Notes: generated by a model from the sequence alone, not told the origin. Shown: positions 1 to 9,592, counted from the stretch's first letter. The stretch is 64,000 bases of DNA from Thermodesulfobacteriota bacterium (GCA_034189385.1 JAXHVD010000014.1:17453-81452), one strand, 5' to 3'. A program made the numbers and translations.

Positions 1-181
1 GGAGCTTTTGTTCCATAGGACGCCGTACCTTTCTTATACGGCCCGGCATGGCCGGGATCTGCCGCCAGAATCACCCAAGGGGTATTGGCACAGGCCAATC
101 CCTTGGGCACCTAGCCCGGACCGGTCCATGGCAATGCCAGCGGCCATCTAAAGGGAGACCTACATTGGCAGGGGGTGCCAG

Positions 182-394
182 ATGACGACTGACCCATGGC
201 AGAGGACCTGCAAGCGCTGTGGCCGAATCTTCGAGGTGGCCCTCTGGTGTCGTGAAGTCACCTACTGCGATGTCTGCCAGGCCGAATTAAATGCCCAGCC
301 GATCGCTTCATTCGAAGAGAGGTCCACTGTTAAAGGCAAGGGATCGACAGGTGAAATGGCAAATGGGGGTTGTGAAAGGTTGACAAAAGGGTAG
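182..394 (+). CDS. hypothetical small zinc-ribbon protein
   Basis: 70-aa ORF with two CxxC pairs (CKRC ... CDVC). A G-rich SD-like run sits a few nt upstream of the ATG. No family recognised. Confidence 0.35.
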   Translation: MTTDPWQRTCKRCGRIFEVALWCREVTYCDVCQAELNAQPIASFEERSTVKGKGSTGEMANGGCERLTKG

Positions 395-418
395 CAATTT
401 TAGGAGCCGGACTTCCCA

Positions 419-1816
419 ATGAGTACGCACCGAGGACTGCGGGTCCATTTCACGTTGTTTGTGTCCACGCTTGCAATAGTGGCAGGCATCATTTTAGCAG
501 TCTATCCTCCCTCCAAATTTTCGCCAGAAGAATCCAGGGCCGCAGCACTGGCCGTTGTCACCATTGGCTTCTGGGCCACAGGGATCATCCCACAACATAT
601 CACGGCACTTCTCTTCTTTCTTCTGGCGATGCTTTTTTCAATATCCCCGGCAAAGGTGATCTTTTCCGGTTTTGCCTCAACGGCCCTGTGGCTCATCTTT
701 GGCGGTCTCGTCATCGGCGTTGCCATAAACAGCACAGGCCTGGGAAAGATCGTTGCCAGCAGAGCAGCAGTGCATCTCAACAGGAGTTACTTCAGGATCA
801 TTTTCGGCGTCGTCACCATCGGGGTCGTGTTTGCTTTCCTCATGCCCTCTGCCATGGGAAGGGTCATATTGTTGATACCTATCATCAGGGAACTCACCAC
901 CCATTTTGGTTTTGAGAAGGGTTCTAATGGACGAACTGGGGTTTTCCTTGCAGCCATCTTGGGATCATTTGTTCCGGCATTCGCCATTCTGCCGGCAAAC
1001 GTGCCGAATATGGTTCTTGTGGGCCTGTCTGAGACACTATTTCACGTGTCTCCCCTATACGGGGAGTACTTACTACTGCACTTTCCCATTCTAGGGATAT
1101 TAAGGGCTGCGGTGATTGTGGGCTTGATTCTGTGGCTTTATCCGGACCAGCCCAGGGAGGCCAAGGATGAAGCATTGACTCACACGCATCCCATGTCGAA
1201 GGATGCCAGGCTCCTGTCTCTGGTTTTATTCATCCTCTTAGCCCTGTGGATGACTGATTTTATTCATCATGTGTCGCCCGCATGGGTAGCCTTGGCAGGA
1301 GCTGTGTTTTTGCTGCTCCCCAAAATCAATCTGGTCAACAAGCAACAGTTTAATGAGAAGATAAACTACGGCTCATTGTTCTTTGTAGCCGGCATCCTGG
1401 GCCTTGGGGCAATGGTGAGCCATTCAGGATTGGGGGACACGCTGGCCAAGGGTCTCATTGGTTTGTTACCCTTTGGTGAGGAAAGCCCGTTCTGGGATTA
1501 CATGTCTCTCAGTCTTGCTTCTTTACTCACCGGGGTAGCAACGACTGCGCCGGGAGTTCCGGCTGTCATCACGCCCCTCTCTGACACCCTATCTCAATTC
1601 ACCAACTTGCCGCTGAAGACGATCCTGATGACGCAGGTAGTGGGGTTTTCAACGGTTATTTTCCCATTTCAGGCGCCTCCAGTAGCTATTGGCATGCAAC
1701 TGGCTGGGGAAAGTCTCTCTGCGGCATTTAGAGTTTGTCTTGTCTTGGCCATTATAAGTATTTTCTTCTTGTTGCCATTGGACTATTTCTGGTGGAAGCT
1801 TTTAGGTTGGCTGTAG
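419..1816 (+). CDS. SLC13/DASS-type anion permease (ArsB/NhaD permease superfamily)
   Basis: 465 aa, polytopic and hydrophobic throughout. The N-terminal region resembles citrate/sulfate-transporter-like permeases. Confidence 0.7.
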   Translation: MSTHRGLRVHFTLFVSTLAIVAGIILAVYPPSKFSPEESRAAALAVVTIGFWATGIIPQHITALLFFLLAMLFSISPAKVIFSGFASTALWLIFGGLVIGVAINSTGLGKIVASRAAVHLNRSYFRIIFGVVTIGVVFAFLMPSAMGRVILLIPIIRELTTHFGFEKGSNGRTGVFLAAILGSFVPAFAILPANVPNMVLVGLSETLFHVSPLYGEYLLLHFPILGILRAAVIVGLILWLYPDQPREAKDEALTHTHPMSKDARLLSLVLFILLALWMTDFIHHVSPAWVALAGAVFLLLPKINLVNKQQFNEKINYGSLFFVAGILGLGAMVSHSGLGDTLAKGLIGLLPFGEESPFWDYMSLSLASLLTGVATTAPGVPAVITPLSDTLSQFTNLPLKTILMTQVVGFSTVIFPFQAPPVAIGMQLAGESLSAAFRVCLVLAIISIFFLLPLDYFWWKLLGWL

Positions 1817-1905
1817 CACGCGCCGCCCACATGGCCTCATCCTTCCACATGCCAGCGGCTCCGAGCAAAGACCTTGTCATACCTCAAACTCGTCACCCAG
1901 CGATC

Positions 1906-2898
1906 TCATCTTCTCTCCTTCATCTCATAGACCACCGGACATCGACTCAGGTGTTTCTCGCCCCAATGGCACATCTCGGGCAGGTCCTGCCTGCAACTGG
2001 CCACGGCCAACCCACACCTGGGGTGAAAGGGACACCCTTTCGGCTTAAAGGCCGGATCAGGGACCGTGCCTGGAATGCTTTTAAGTTTCTTGCCCCGCTT
2101 CATACGATCGGGCAGTGAGGCGAGCAACCCCTGCGTATAGGGATGACAGGGGTCATGAAAGATGTCAGAGGCCCGGCCTTGCTCCACAATGATGCCGGCA
2201 TACATGACATAGACACGATCGGCGATCTTCCTCACCACCCCCAGGTCATGGGTGATGTAGAGAACGGCCATGTCCCGCCTTTTCTGGAGTTCTCCGAAAA
2301 GATCCAGAATCTGGGCCTGAACGGTCACATCCAGGGCAGTAGTCGGTTCGTCAGCGATCACCAGCTTGGGGTTGCATGCCAGGGCCATGGCAATCATGAC
2401 CCTTTGCCGCTGGCCCCCGCTTAGCTGATGGGGATAGTCCTTGAGACGCGCTTCAGCGTCTGGAATGCCCACATCAGCAAGGAGTCGCACGCAGCGTTTT
2501 GCCACTGCTTGTGCCTTTGCCTCATGAACCAGAATCGCCTCTGCGATCTGATCCCCTATCGTAAATACAGGGTTTAAAGAGGTCATGGGCTCCTGGAAGA
2601 CCATGGCGATCTCTCTACCTCTGACCCGTTGCATCTCTTCATCAGAAAGGCCGACAAGATCCCGCCCCTTGAACACCACCCGTCCGCCCTGGATCTCACC
2701 CGGAGGTCTAGGGATCAGCCCCAGAACGGTGAGAGCGGACACGGTTTTCCCACACCCTGACTCCCCGACCAGGCACACGGTCTCCCCCGGCCCCACCTCG
2801 AGACTCATCCCATCTACAGCCCTGGCAACCTTGTCGTTACCCCAGAAGTAGACCCTCAGGTCCTCGATGGAAAGGAGCATATGGTCCTTACTAGTCAT
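1906..2898 (-). CDS. oligopeptide/dipeptide ABC transporter ATP-binding protein (OppD/DppD type)
   Basis: Walker A GESGCGKT, signature LSGGQRQR and Walker B LVIADEPTTALD. The C-terminal Cys/His oligopeptide-ABC extension is present. Confidence 0.9.
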   Translation of the reverse strand: MTSKDHMLLSIEDLRVYFWGNDKVARAVDGMSLEVGPGETVCLVGESGCGKTVSALTVLGLIPRPPGEIQGGRVVFKGRDLVGLSDEEMQRVRGREIAMVFQEPMTSLNPVFTIGDQIAEAILVHEAKAQAVAKRCVRLLADVGIPDAEARLKDYPHQLSGGQRQRVMIAMALACNPKLVIADEPTTALDVTVQAQILDLFGELQKRRDMAVLYITHDLGVVRKIADRVYVMYAGIIVEQGRASDIFHDPCHPYTQGLLASLPDRMKRGKKLKSIPGTVPDPAFKPKGCPFHPRCGLAVASCRQDLPEMCHWGEKHLSRCPVVYEMKERR

Positions 2899-2980
2899 AA
2901 GCGGTCTGCACTGTTATAGTAAAGTTCAAAGCTGAAAGCTCAAAGCTCAAACAAGAAAACCAAGACCCCCCTTCTGGCCT

Positions 2981-3140
2981 TCAGCCTTGAGCCTTCAGCT
3001 TCTCTCCTTCCCCATTCACCTTTCAGCCTTGAGCCTTCAGCTTCTCTCCTTCCCCATTCAGCTTTCAGCCTTGAGCCTTCAGCTTCTCTCCTTCCCCATT
3101 CACCTTTCAGCCTTGAGCCTTCACAGCTTCTACCCTTCAG
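2981..3140. repeat. 42-bp tandem repeat, 3 full units plus a degenerate 4th
   Basis: Units start at 2981, 3023, 3065 and 3107. Units 1 and 3 are identical and unit 2 differs at one base. The array lies between the permease stop (3158) and the ATPase start (2898). Confidence 0.95.
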
Positions 3141-3157
3141 CTTTCAGCTCTTGCCCA

Positions 3158-4333
3158 TCAGCTTCTCTCCCTCAGCTTTGGATTCAGCGCGTCGCGAAGG
3201 CCTTCCCCAAAAAGATTAAAGGATAGCACCACGACTAAGATGGCAAGGCCGGGCACAAAGGTCAGCCAGGGGGCATCAAAGATAAAGCCCTTCCCGTCAG
3301 AAAGGATGTTTCCCCACGTGGCATGGGGAGGGGGCACGCCAAAACCGAGAAAACTCAACCCCGCTTCCGTTAAGATGGCACTGGCGATACCGATGGTGGC
3401 TGAAACCAGCACCGGGGCCATGGCGTTGGGCATCATGTGGCGGAAGATGATCCGAAAGCTCCCCACACCAAGGGCCCTGGCCGCTGTGACAAAGTCTTGT
3501 TCCCGAAGGGAGAGAAATTCCGCCCGGACAAACCGGGCAGCCCCCATCCAACTCGTCAACCCGATGACAATCATGATATTATAGATGCTTGCCGGCAGCA
3601 GTGCCACTACCGTGAGAATCAGGAAAAAACTTGGAAAACAGAGCATGATATCCACAAGCCGCATGATCACCGTATCGACAGAGAGGGTCTCTCTGTTCAA
3701 GGCCCGCAGCCATACTGGCACGGGACCCGTTGTTGCCGCTTTTCTTCTAAACAGGGCATAGGCAAAAAGGCCAAGACCGAGAAGAAGTATCACGGTTCCT
3801 GAAATCAGCCCCCCCCCTGCCATCACGCCGGCTCCGGTGCAAGCGATTAAGATTGAAAGCAGATGGTCGACCCTCACATGGCTCTCTCCAAAAAATCCCG
3901 CTATGCCCCCCATGAATATGCCGATGAAGACAGAGATGCCCACGGCCACAAATCCCACGGTAAGAGATACCCACGCGCCCTGAAGCATTCTGGCAAATAC
4001 GTCCCGTCCCAGGTCATCGGTCCCTAGCACGTAAACGCCAAGGAGAGGGGCTTCTTCGGGCGTCAACGACTCCAGGTGGGGGTTGGATAGAGGCGGTCGC
4101 AGCTTTTCCTGGAGCCGCACCTGGGCAGGATCGAGGAAAGGGGCGCGACCTGACGTCAAAACGAGCCCTGTGAGGGCTACAAAAAAGAAGACGACAAAGA
4201 TCATCAGTCCTGCCATGGCGAGACGATTCTGTCTGAATAGCTGCCAGAATGCCTGGGCTCTTGTCTGTTTGGGGACCAGAGGCGCCCCCATGGAACGATC
4301 ACCACTGAGCAAATCAGGAGGCACTTTTGTCAT
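3158..4333 (-). CDS. peptide ABC transporter permease (OppC/DppC type) with internal hydrophobic insertion
   Basis: Binding-protein-dependent transport motifs are present (MRLVDIMLCFP, AARALG). The start overlaps the upstream permease stop (ATGA). At 391 aa it is longer than usual. Confidence 0.9.
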   Translation of the reverse strand: MTKVPPDLLSGDRSMGAPLVPKQTRAQAFWQLFRQNRLAMAGLMIFVVFFFVALTGLVLTSGRAPFLDPAQVRLQEKLRPPLSNPHLESLTPEEAPLLGVYVLGTDDLGRDVFARMLQGAWVSLTVGFVAVGISVFIGIFMGGIAGFFGESHVRVDHLLSILIACTGAGVMAGGGLISGTVILLLGLGLFAYALFRRKAATTGPVPVWLRALNRETLSVDTVIMRLVDIMLCFPSFFLILTVVALLPASIYNIMIVIGLTSWMGAARFVRAEFLSLREQDFVTAARALGVGSFRIIFRHMMPNAMAPVLVSATIGIASAILTEAGLSFLGFGVPPPHATWGNILSDGKGFIFDAPWLTFVPGLAILVVVLSFNLFGEGLRDALNPKLRERS

Positions 4334-5262
4334 AGTCGTATCCTCGGGTCCACTACCAGATAGAGGAGATCTGAGACAAAGGTTCCGGCCAGAACGAGCA
4401 CTGCGGACATAAAGTTCACCGTGAGGATGACCGCGTAATCGCGCGCCAGAATGGCCTCATAGGCCATCCTTCCCATCCCCGGCCAGGAGAAAATCGATTC
4501 GATGATCACAGAACCACCGATCAGGCCCGGCAAGATAAGGCCGAACATGGTCACAAAAGGGAGCAATGCATTGCGCAAGGCATGTTTGTAATGCACCTGT
4601 TCCGGGGGAAGTCCCTTGGCCTTGGCAGTGCGCACATAGTCCTGGCCCTCCACTTCCAGCATCTGACCACGCACATATCTGGAAAGCACTGCAATGCCAC
4701 CAGTAGCACCGAGCACCGATGGAAGCAGCAGGTGCCATACCCGGTCCATGAGCGCATTGGGCCAGGTTGCCTCCCCGAGTCCGAAGGTCTCCATCCCGAT
4801 GACCGGTACATGGAAGGTGTTCACCACGAAGATGATCAGCACATAGGCAAAGAAAAAGCCCGGGATGGAGATCAACAAATAGGAAAAAAAAGTGGTGCTT
4901 CGATCGTAGAGCCCTCCCCTGAAAATGGCCGCGCGAATCCCCACTGGAAACGACAGGGTCCAGGTGATGAGGGTACCCACCACAAAAAGAGGGAGGCTAT
5001 TCAAGAATCGCTCCCAGATTTTCCAGAGAACCGATTGGTTATCTTTCCAAGAAACCGTTTTTCCTGTGAAGAGATCCCGATAGAAGTAAAGGTATTGGAC
5101 ATGTAAGGGCTCATCAAGATGGAAGGCCTTTTGAAATCGCTCCACCATCTCTGGTGTAAACTTCGGATTCAGGGGGTCTACCTGGCTTGGCTCGCCTGGG
5201 GCCAGGTGGATGATCAAAAACGAGACCACGGAAACAAAAAACAGGGTGATGATCTTCTGCAT
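4330..5262 (-). CDS. peptide ABC transporter permease (OppB/DppB type)
   Basis: Typical DppB N-terminus (MQKIITLFFVS...HLAPGEP) and EAA-loop region (VRTAKAKGL). The ORF-track start at 5310 is a TTG inside the upstream gene, so ATG 5262 is preferred. Confidence 0.85.
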   Translation of the reverse strand: MQKIITLFFVSVVSFLIIHLAPGEPSQVDPLNPKFTPEMVERFQKAFHLDEPLHVQYLYFYRDLFTGKTVSWKDNQSVLWKIWERFLNSLPLFVVGTLITWTLSFPVGIRAAIFRGGLYDRSTTFFSYLLISIPGFFFAYVLIIFVVNTFHVPVIGMETFGLGEATWPNALMDRVWHLLLPSVLGATGGIAVLSRYVRGQMLEVEGQDYVRTAKAKGLPPEQVHYKHALRNALLPFVTMFGLILPGLIGGSVIIESIFSWPGMGRMAYEAILARDYAVILTVNFMSAVLVLAGTFVSDLLYLVVDPRIRL

Positions 5263-5293
5263 GATGCTGCGGCCAATAAACGATAGCAAGGCT

Positions 5294-7426
5294 CTAGCCC
5301 TCCACGGCAAAAATGGGTGTATGTGTAAGTTTAATCCATTTATTAAAATAGAAGGTAAAGGTTCCGGTCTTGGTGGGGGTAATCTTCCTGTAAAAGGGGG
5401 CCCCCTCTGCGTCCCTTTCTAGAATCACGATCCGCTTGTCCAGTAGCGCCGTCCACTTGCCAACATACAAAAAAGTGTAGGGCTGCTCCTCAGCAATGAT
5501 CGCGTGGAGTCTATGGCAATAGGCCACCTGCTTGTGGTGGTCATATTCCTGTCGGATCCTAATGATCAGATCATCGGCCTCTTGGTTCTGGAACCCCACG
5601 AAGTTGAGCTGGTGCGGATGTGTCTGGCTGGAATGCCATATCTGATACAGGTCAGGGTCTATCCCCATGCTCCAGCCCAAGACAAGCGCATCAAAATCAC
5701 CCTTGTTTACCCTTTCCTGAATGAAAACCGCCCATTCCAGAAGATCGGTCTGGACGTCTATACCGATCCGCTTCCATCCATCCTGGGCAATAGCCAAAAT
5801 CGCTTTTCGAAGGTTGTTGCCACTATTGGTAATGAGGGTAAACTGAAATCTGGTCCCGTCCTTTTCAAGCCAGCCCTTTGGGCCACGCTCCCACCCTGCT
5901 TGTTTTAGAAGCTTCAACGCCCCTTGGGGATCATAGGCCAGGGGCTTAATGATATTATTATAGTAATCGGTCTGCTTGACGAAAGGCCCTGTGATCCGCT
6001 CCCCCTGTCCGTGCAGGACGTAGGCGATAATCTTGTCCACATCAATGGCCATGGCAAGGGCTCGGCGCACCCGCCGGTCATTGAACGGTTCCCGTCGCAT
6101 GTTATAGCCAATGTATGTATAGCCAAAGGAAAGACCTGAGAAGTTTTGGTACTGTGGCTCTTGTTTCAAACGTTCCACCTGGTGAGGCTGGACGCTGTAG
6201 CTGTCAATGGTGCCGGCGTAAAACTCCATCTCCTGCGTCAGGAGGTCCGGCACGATCCGATAGGTGTATCGCTTGTAGTTTGGGGCACCTTCCCAATAGT
6301 CCTCAAAAGAATCCAAAAGGATATACTGATCTGATTTCCACTCCCGAAACATGAAAGGACCGCACCCTATAGGATGGCGGCTGAAGCCGCTCTGCCGCAT
6401 GGTGAAGTCTTCAGGCCCCTTGCCCAGGCCAAGGGCCTCTTCTTTCAAGGCTTGGTCATTTAAGAGATGCTCAGGAAGGATGCCCATCCCCCACGTGCCC
6501 AAGGCCGGGGAATAGAGCCGCTTATAGACTATACGAACGGTGAGTGGATCCGTCACCTCAACGCCTTTGACCGGTTCGTAGTCTGAAACCCGAGGCGATA
6601 GATTCCTTGGGTCCATAATGGCTTCATAGGTAAACTTCACGTCATTGGCGTCTAAGAGATGTCCATCATGAAATGTCACCCCAGGACGCAGATGAAAGAC
6701 CACCACGGGATTGTGTTCTGTAGTGGGCAATACCTCTTTTGCGTACTCGGCCCTTTTCTCTTTCCACGCCTCTTGGTCGACGGTGACACGGTCTTCCCCT
6801 CTAAAGGAGCTGAAGTAATCCTTGCCCAAGATGGCCGATAAACTCGTGAAGAGATCCTGATCCACGTTCTTGAGGACGAGCTTGAGCCGTACCGGCGCCG
6901 CCACCTTGATGGTTACCTCGGTCTCGCCATCGTCCCTTTCCCCCTTCTCACGCCTGACCACCGAGAACTCTCGGGCCGGGAGTAGGGCTATCTCCTGGAT
7001 ATTGTCCAAAGAGGCCTTCACTTCGGAAGCCATTGCCAATTGGCCATCCTTGGCCCGTTGGATATACTCCGCCACTTCCCGGCCCCCTGCCCTCCCCAAG
7101 CCCGGCACGCTGGCGGCTTCATTTACACAAAAAAAGGCCTCTTCGTATAAGTCCCAGGACGTAGCAAGCCGGCCCCTGAAACGGAGCTCTTCATCCCGAT
7201 CAATGAGCCCCTCAAATACCATGGACTCAATGTCACTGCTGGCTGAATCTGCTGAAAGGATGGGGTTCAGGATGCTGGCATCGCCAATGGAAGCCGTAAT
7301 GTACTCATGGAGGCGGTCCGGGTTACCCCTAGTTTGCTCTTCATAGGTGGGAACCCAGAAATAGGACTGCAACAAGAAGAGGATGACTACAGTGGGAGCA
7401 AAGATGAGAAGCCTGCGGACAGTCAT
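5294..7426 (-). CDS. ABC transporter substrate-binding protein, family 5 (OppA/DppA-like), enlarged
   Basis: Family-5 SBP motifs (HLRPGVTFHDG; FNDRRVRRALAMAID). N-terminal signal anchor MTVRRLLIFAPTVVILF. The start may instead be TTG 7453. Confidence 0.85.
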   Translation of the reverse strand: MTVRRLLIFAPTVVILFLLQSYFWVPTYEEQTRGNPDRLHEYITASIGDASILNPILSADSASSDIESMVFEGLIDRDEELRFRGRLATSWDLYEEAFFCVNEAASVPGLGRAGGREVAEYIQRAKDGQLAMASEVKASLDNIQEIALLPAREFSVVRREKGERDDGETEVTIKVAAPVRLKLVLKNVDQDLFTSLSAILGKDYFSSFRGEDRVTVDQEAWKEKRAEYAKEVLPTTEHNPVVVFHLRPGVTFHDGHLLDANDVKFTYEAIMDPRNLSPRVSDYEPVKGVEVTDPLTVRIVYKRLYSPALGTWGMGILPEHLLNDQALKEEALGLGKGPEDFTMRQSGFSRHPIGCGPFMFREWKSDQYILLDSFEDYWEGAPNYKRYTYRIVPDLLTQEMEFYAGTIDSYSVQPHQVERLKQEPQYQNFSGLSFGYTYIGYNMRREPFNDRRVRRALAMAIDVDKIIAYVLHGQGERITGPFVKQTDYYNNIIKPLAYDPQGALKLLKQAGWERGPKGWLEKDGTRFQFTLITNSGNNLRKAILAIAQDGWKRIGIDVQTDLLEWAVFIQERVNKGDFDALVLGWSMGIDPDLYQIWHSSQTHPHQLNFVGFQNQEADDLIIRIRQEYDHHKQVAYCHRLHAIIAEEQPYTFLYVGKWTALLDKRIVILERDAEGAPFYRKITPTKTGTFTFYFNKWIKLTHTPIFAVEG

Positions 7427-7665
7427 GGCCCCCAAGATATTAAATGGGAACAAAGAGAGTCAACAGAAAAGCCGCGCCCCCTTTTGTGGAACAAAATAGT
7501 TTGATATTGCCTGCTGTTGGGAATATGGTGGCAGAGGCCAGTGTCCACCATCAACGGGCTTTTCAACCTACATATCTTCGAGCGGTTCGTTGAGCCGGTC
7601 TTGTCCATACATCTTGGCAAACCGGACTGGAGCAAGCTTCAAAGGTAAACAAAGGAGTCTCCCAT

Positions 7666-8433
7666 ATGAAAATCGGCGCCATGAATAATCCCGCTGCTTC
7701 TTTGTACGACGAGATCGAGGCATTTGGAAAGGCCCAGTACGATTTTATAGACCTCACCATTGAGGGACCTTGTCTTGATGTTGATGTTGAGCAGGTACAG
7801 AGACTCCTTGATGATCATGGCCTCTTCGTCGTGGGCCACACAGACCCCTGTCTCCCTTACGCCTACCCCATCAAGGGAGTTCGAGAGGCCTGCTTTAAGG
7901 AACTGGAGCGCTGTGCCAGGATCTTTTCATCTTTGGGTGCAACGATCATGAATATCCACCCCTGTTATGGGGCCCCGCCTTGCATGAAGCAGGACCTTGT
8001 AGACCTAAATACTGAAGCCCTCAAGCCGATTGCTGAGATGGCTGACAGCTTCGGGCTTTGCCTTGTATTGGAAAACTTCAAGGCCCCCTTTGACCGTGTC
8101 TCCACCTATGAGAAGATCCTGTCGGCAGTGCCAAAGCTCAAGGTGCATCTGGACCTGGGCCACACCAATTTCGGGGCTGACAACGAAGAGGTCTTCTGCA
8201 GGCACCTGGGGAACCATATTAAGCATGTCCATTTTTCTGACAATCGCTCTGTCCAAGATGATCATATGCCCCTCGGGGTGGGAAACGTAGACTGGCAAAG
8301 GGCTGTAGCCTCCTTGAAAAAGATAGGATACGACGGGACCATTACCCTGGAGGTCTTCTGCGGCTCTGGAGCGGTCATGTTTGATTATCTGGAAATCAGC
8401 AGAAATCTTGTATTGGACCTGTGGCATCAGTAG
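7666..8433 (+). CDS. sugar phosphate isomerase/epimerase (xylose-isomerase-like TIM barrel)
   Basis: 255 aa with an AP-endonuclease-2/TIM-barrel-like pattern (HLDLGH, HVHFSDN, TLE). Confidence 0.7.
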   Translation: MKIGAMNNPAASLYDEIEAFGKAQYDFIDLTIEGPCLDVDVEQVQRLLDDHGLFVVGHTDPCLPYAYPIKGVREACFKELERCARIFSSLGATIMNIHPCYGAPPCMKQDLVDLNTEALKPIAEMADSFGLCLVLENFKAPFDRVSTYEKILSAVPKLKVHLDLGHTNFGADNEEVFCRHLGNHIKHVHFSDNRSVQDDHMPLGVGNVDWQRAVASLKKIGYDGTITLEVFCGSGAVMFDYLEISRNLVLDLWHQ

Positions 8434-8451
8434 CCAAAGGCAAAAGGGATT

Positions 8452-8574
8452 GGTAGCGTTCAAGAGTTGAGGCATAAGCTACCTAAAGGCATTGGATGCC
8501 GAAGAGAACCGATGATTCCTATCTCGAAGTTAGTTGTCCAGAAATCCACTAAGCCAACCCTTTTGAACGTTACT
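8452..8574 (-). mobile_element. MITE family A, copy A1 (internally deleted, 123 bp)
   Basis: Terminal inverted repeats GGTAGCGTTCAAGAGT / ...CTTTTGAACGTTACT. Flanked by AAGGGATT (8444-8451) and AAGGGATC (8575-8582). Confidence 0.8.
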
Positions 8575-8759
8575 AAGGGATCGTTTGAAAGCGATTGCCA
8601 GATGTGATATGAGGCAAGAAAAAGTTACCTTCAAGTCGGTCATTTCGGCCCCATCAGCCGAAGGCCTTGCATCAAGGTTTGACTGAATATACCTATCCTT
8701 GGTGCAGCCACCTGAGCCTTCGACTCCCTTTAACACCTATCCAAACAAGGAGGTGCACT

Positions 8760-9590
8760 ATGGAGCCCATCAAGGTTATGGTTAATGGTCTTCCTGGCAA
8801 CATGGCCACAAAAGCCGCCGAGCACATCGTGCAGGACCCCGCCATGAAACTCCTCCCCTACGCCCTCACCGGTCCGGAGATTACAGCAGCAGAGACCCAG
8901 ATCGGTCCTGAAAGGGTTCGGCTCATCTTGCCGGACAGGCGAAAAGAGGCCATCGATTCTGTGAAGGCATCAGAGGGGGACTTCATCTCCGTTGACTACA
9001 CCCATCCCAGTGCCGTGAACGACAATGCCTCCTTTTACTGTGAAAACAACATGCCCTTTGTCATGGGTACCACAGGGGGTGACAGGAAGCTCTTGACCGA
9101 CACGGTCACAGGCTCTTCAATAGCAGCAGTGATTGCCCCAAACATGGGCGCCCAGATTGTAGCCTTTCAGGCCATGATGGAATATGCTGCCCAGACCTTC
9201 CCGGGCGTCTTCAAAGGATATCATCTGGGAATCAAGGAGAGCCATCAGAAGGGGAAGGCGGACACCAGTGGAACGGCCAAGGCCATGATCGGTTACTTCA
9301 ACAGCCTGGGAATCCCCTTTGAAAAAGAGCAGATCAAGATGGAACGGGACCCAGAGGTTCAGCAACATACCTGGGGAATTCCAGAGGCGTATCTTAGCGG
9401 CCACGGCTGGCACAACTATACACTCCAGTCCGAAGACGGCACGGTGTTCTTTCAGTTCACCCACAATGTGAACGGGCGAGACATCTATGCCAAGGGCACC
9501 CTGGACGCCATTCATTATCTTGGCAAAAAGGTGGAGCAGGGGGCAAAAGGCCAGGTATTTTCAATGATAGACGTTCTGAAAGGGGTCTAG
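8760..9590 (+). CDS. dapB: 4-hydroxy-tetrahydrodipicolinate reductase, plant/chlamydial-type DapB
   Basis: MVNGLPGNM dinucleotide-binding start, DYTHPSAVNDN, PFVMGTTGGD, ESHQ..K.DTSGTAKA and NVNGR.IYA.GT motifs match the plant-type DapB pattern. A strong AAGGAGG SD precedes ATG 8760. The ORF-track start 8667 is probably an extension. Confidence 0.8.
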   Translation: MEPIKVMVNGLPGNMATKAAEHIVQDPAMKLLPYALTGPEITAAETQIGPERVRLILPDRRKEAIDSVKASEGDFISVDYTHPSAVNDNASFYCENNMPFVMGTTGGDRKLLTDTVTGSSIAAVIAPNMGAQIVAFQAMMEYAAQTFPGVFKGYHLGIKESHQKGKADTSGTAKAMIGYFNSLGIPFEKEQIKMERDPEVQQHTWGIPEAYLSGHGWHNYTLQSEDGTVFFQFTHNVNGRDIYAKGTLDAIHYLGKKVEQGAKGQVFSMIDVLKGV

Positions 9591-9592
9591 GC

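Noticed and set aside
1-181. Nested hairpin CCCAAGGG-(ATTGGC-ACAG-GCCAAT)-CCCTTGGG at 74-107 and hairpin CCCGGC-ATG-GCCGGG at 44-58
   Set aside because: These are probably terminator or 3'-UTR structures of a gene lying outside the window, and cannot be interpreted without the upstream sequence.
2981-3140. Possible CRISPR array
   Set aside because: The units are directly adjacent with no spacers, there are only 3-4 copies, and no cas genes are present. It is a plain tandem repeat.
2987-3226. 79-aa ORF with the repetitive peptide LSALSLQLLSFPI
   Set aside because: It is simply the translation of the 42-bp (14-codon) tandem repeat on the strand opposite the operon. It has no SD and overlaps the permease 3' end.
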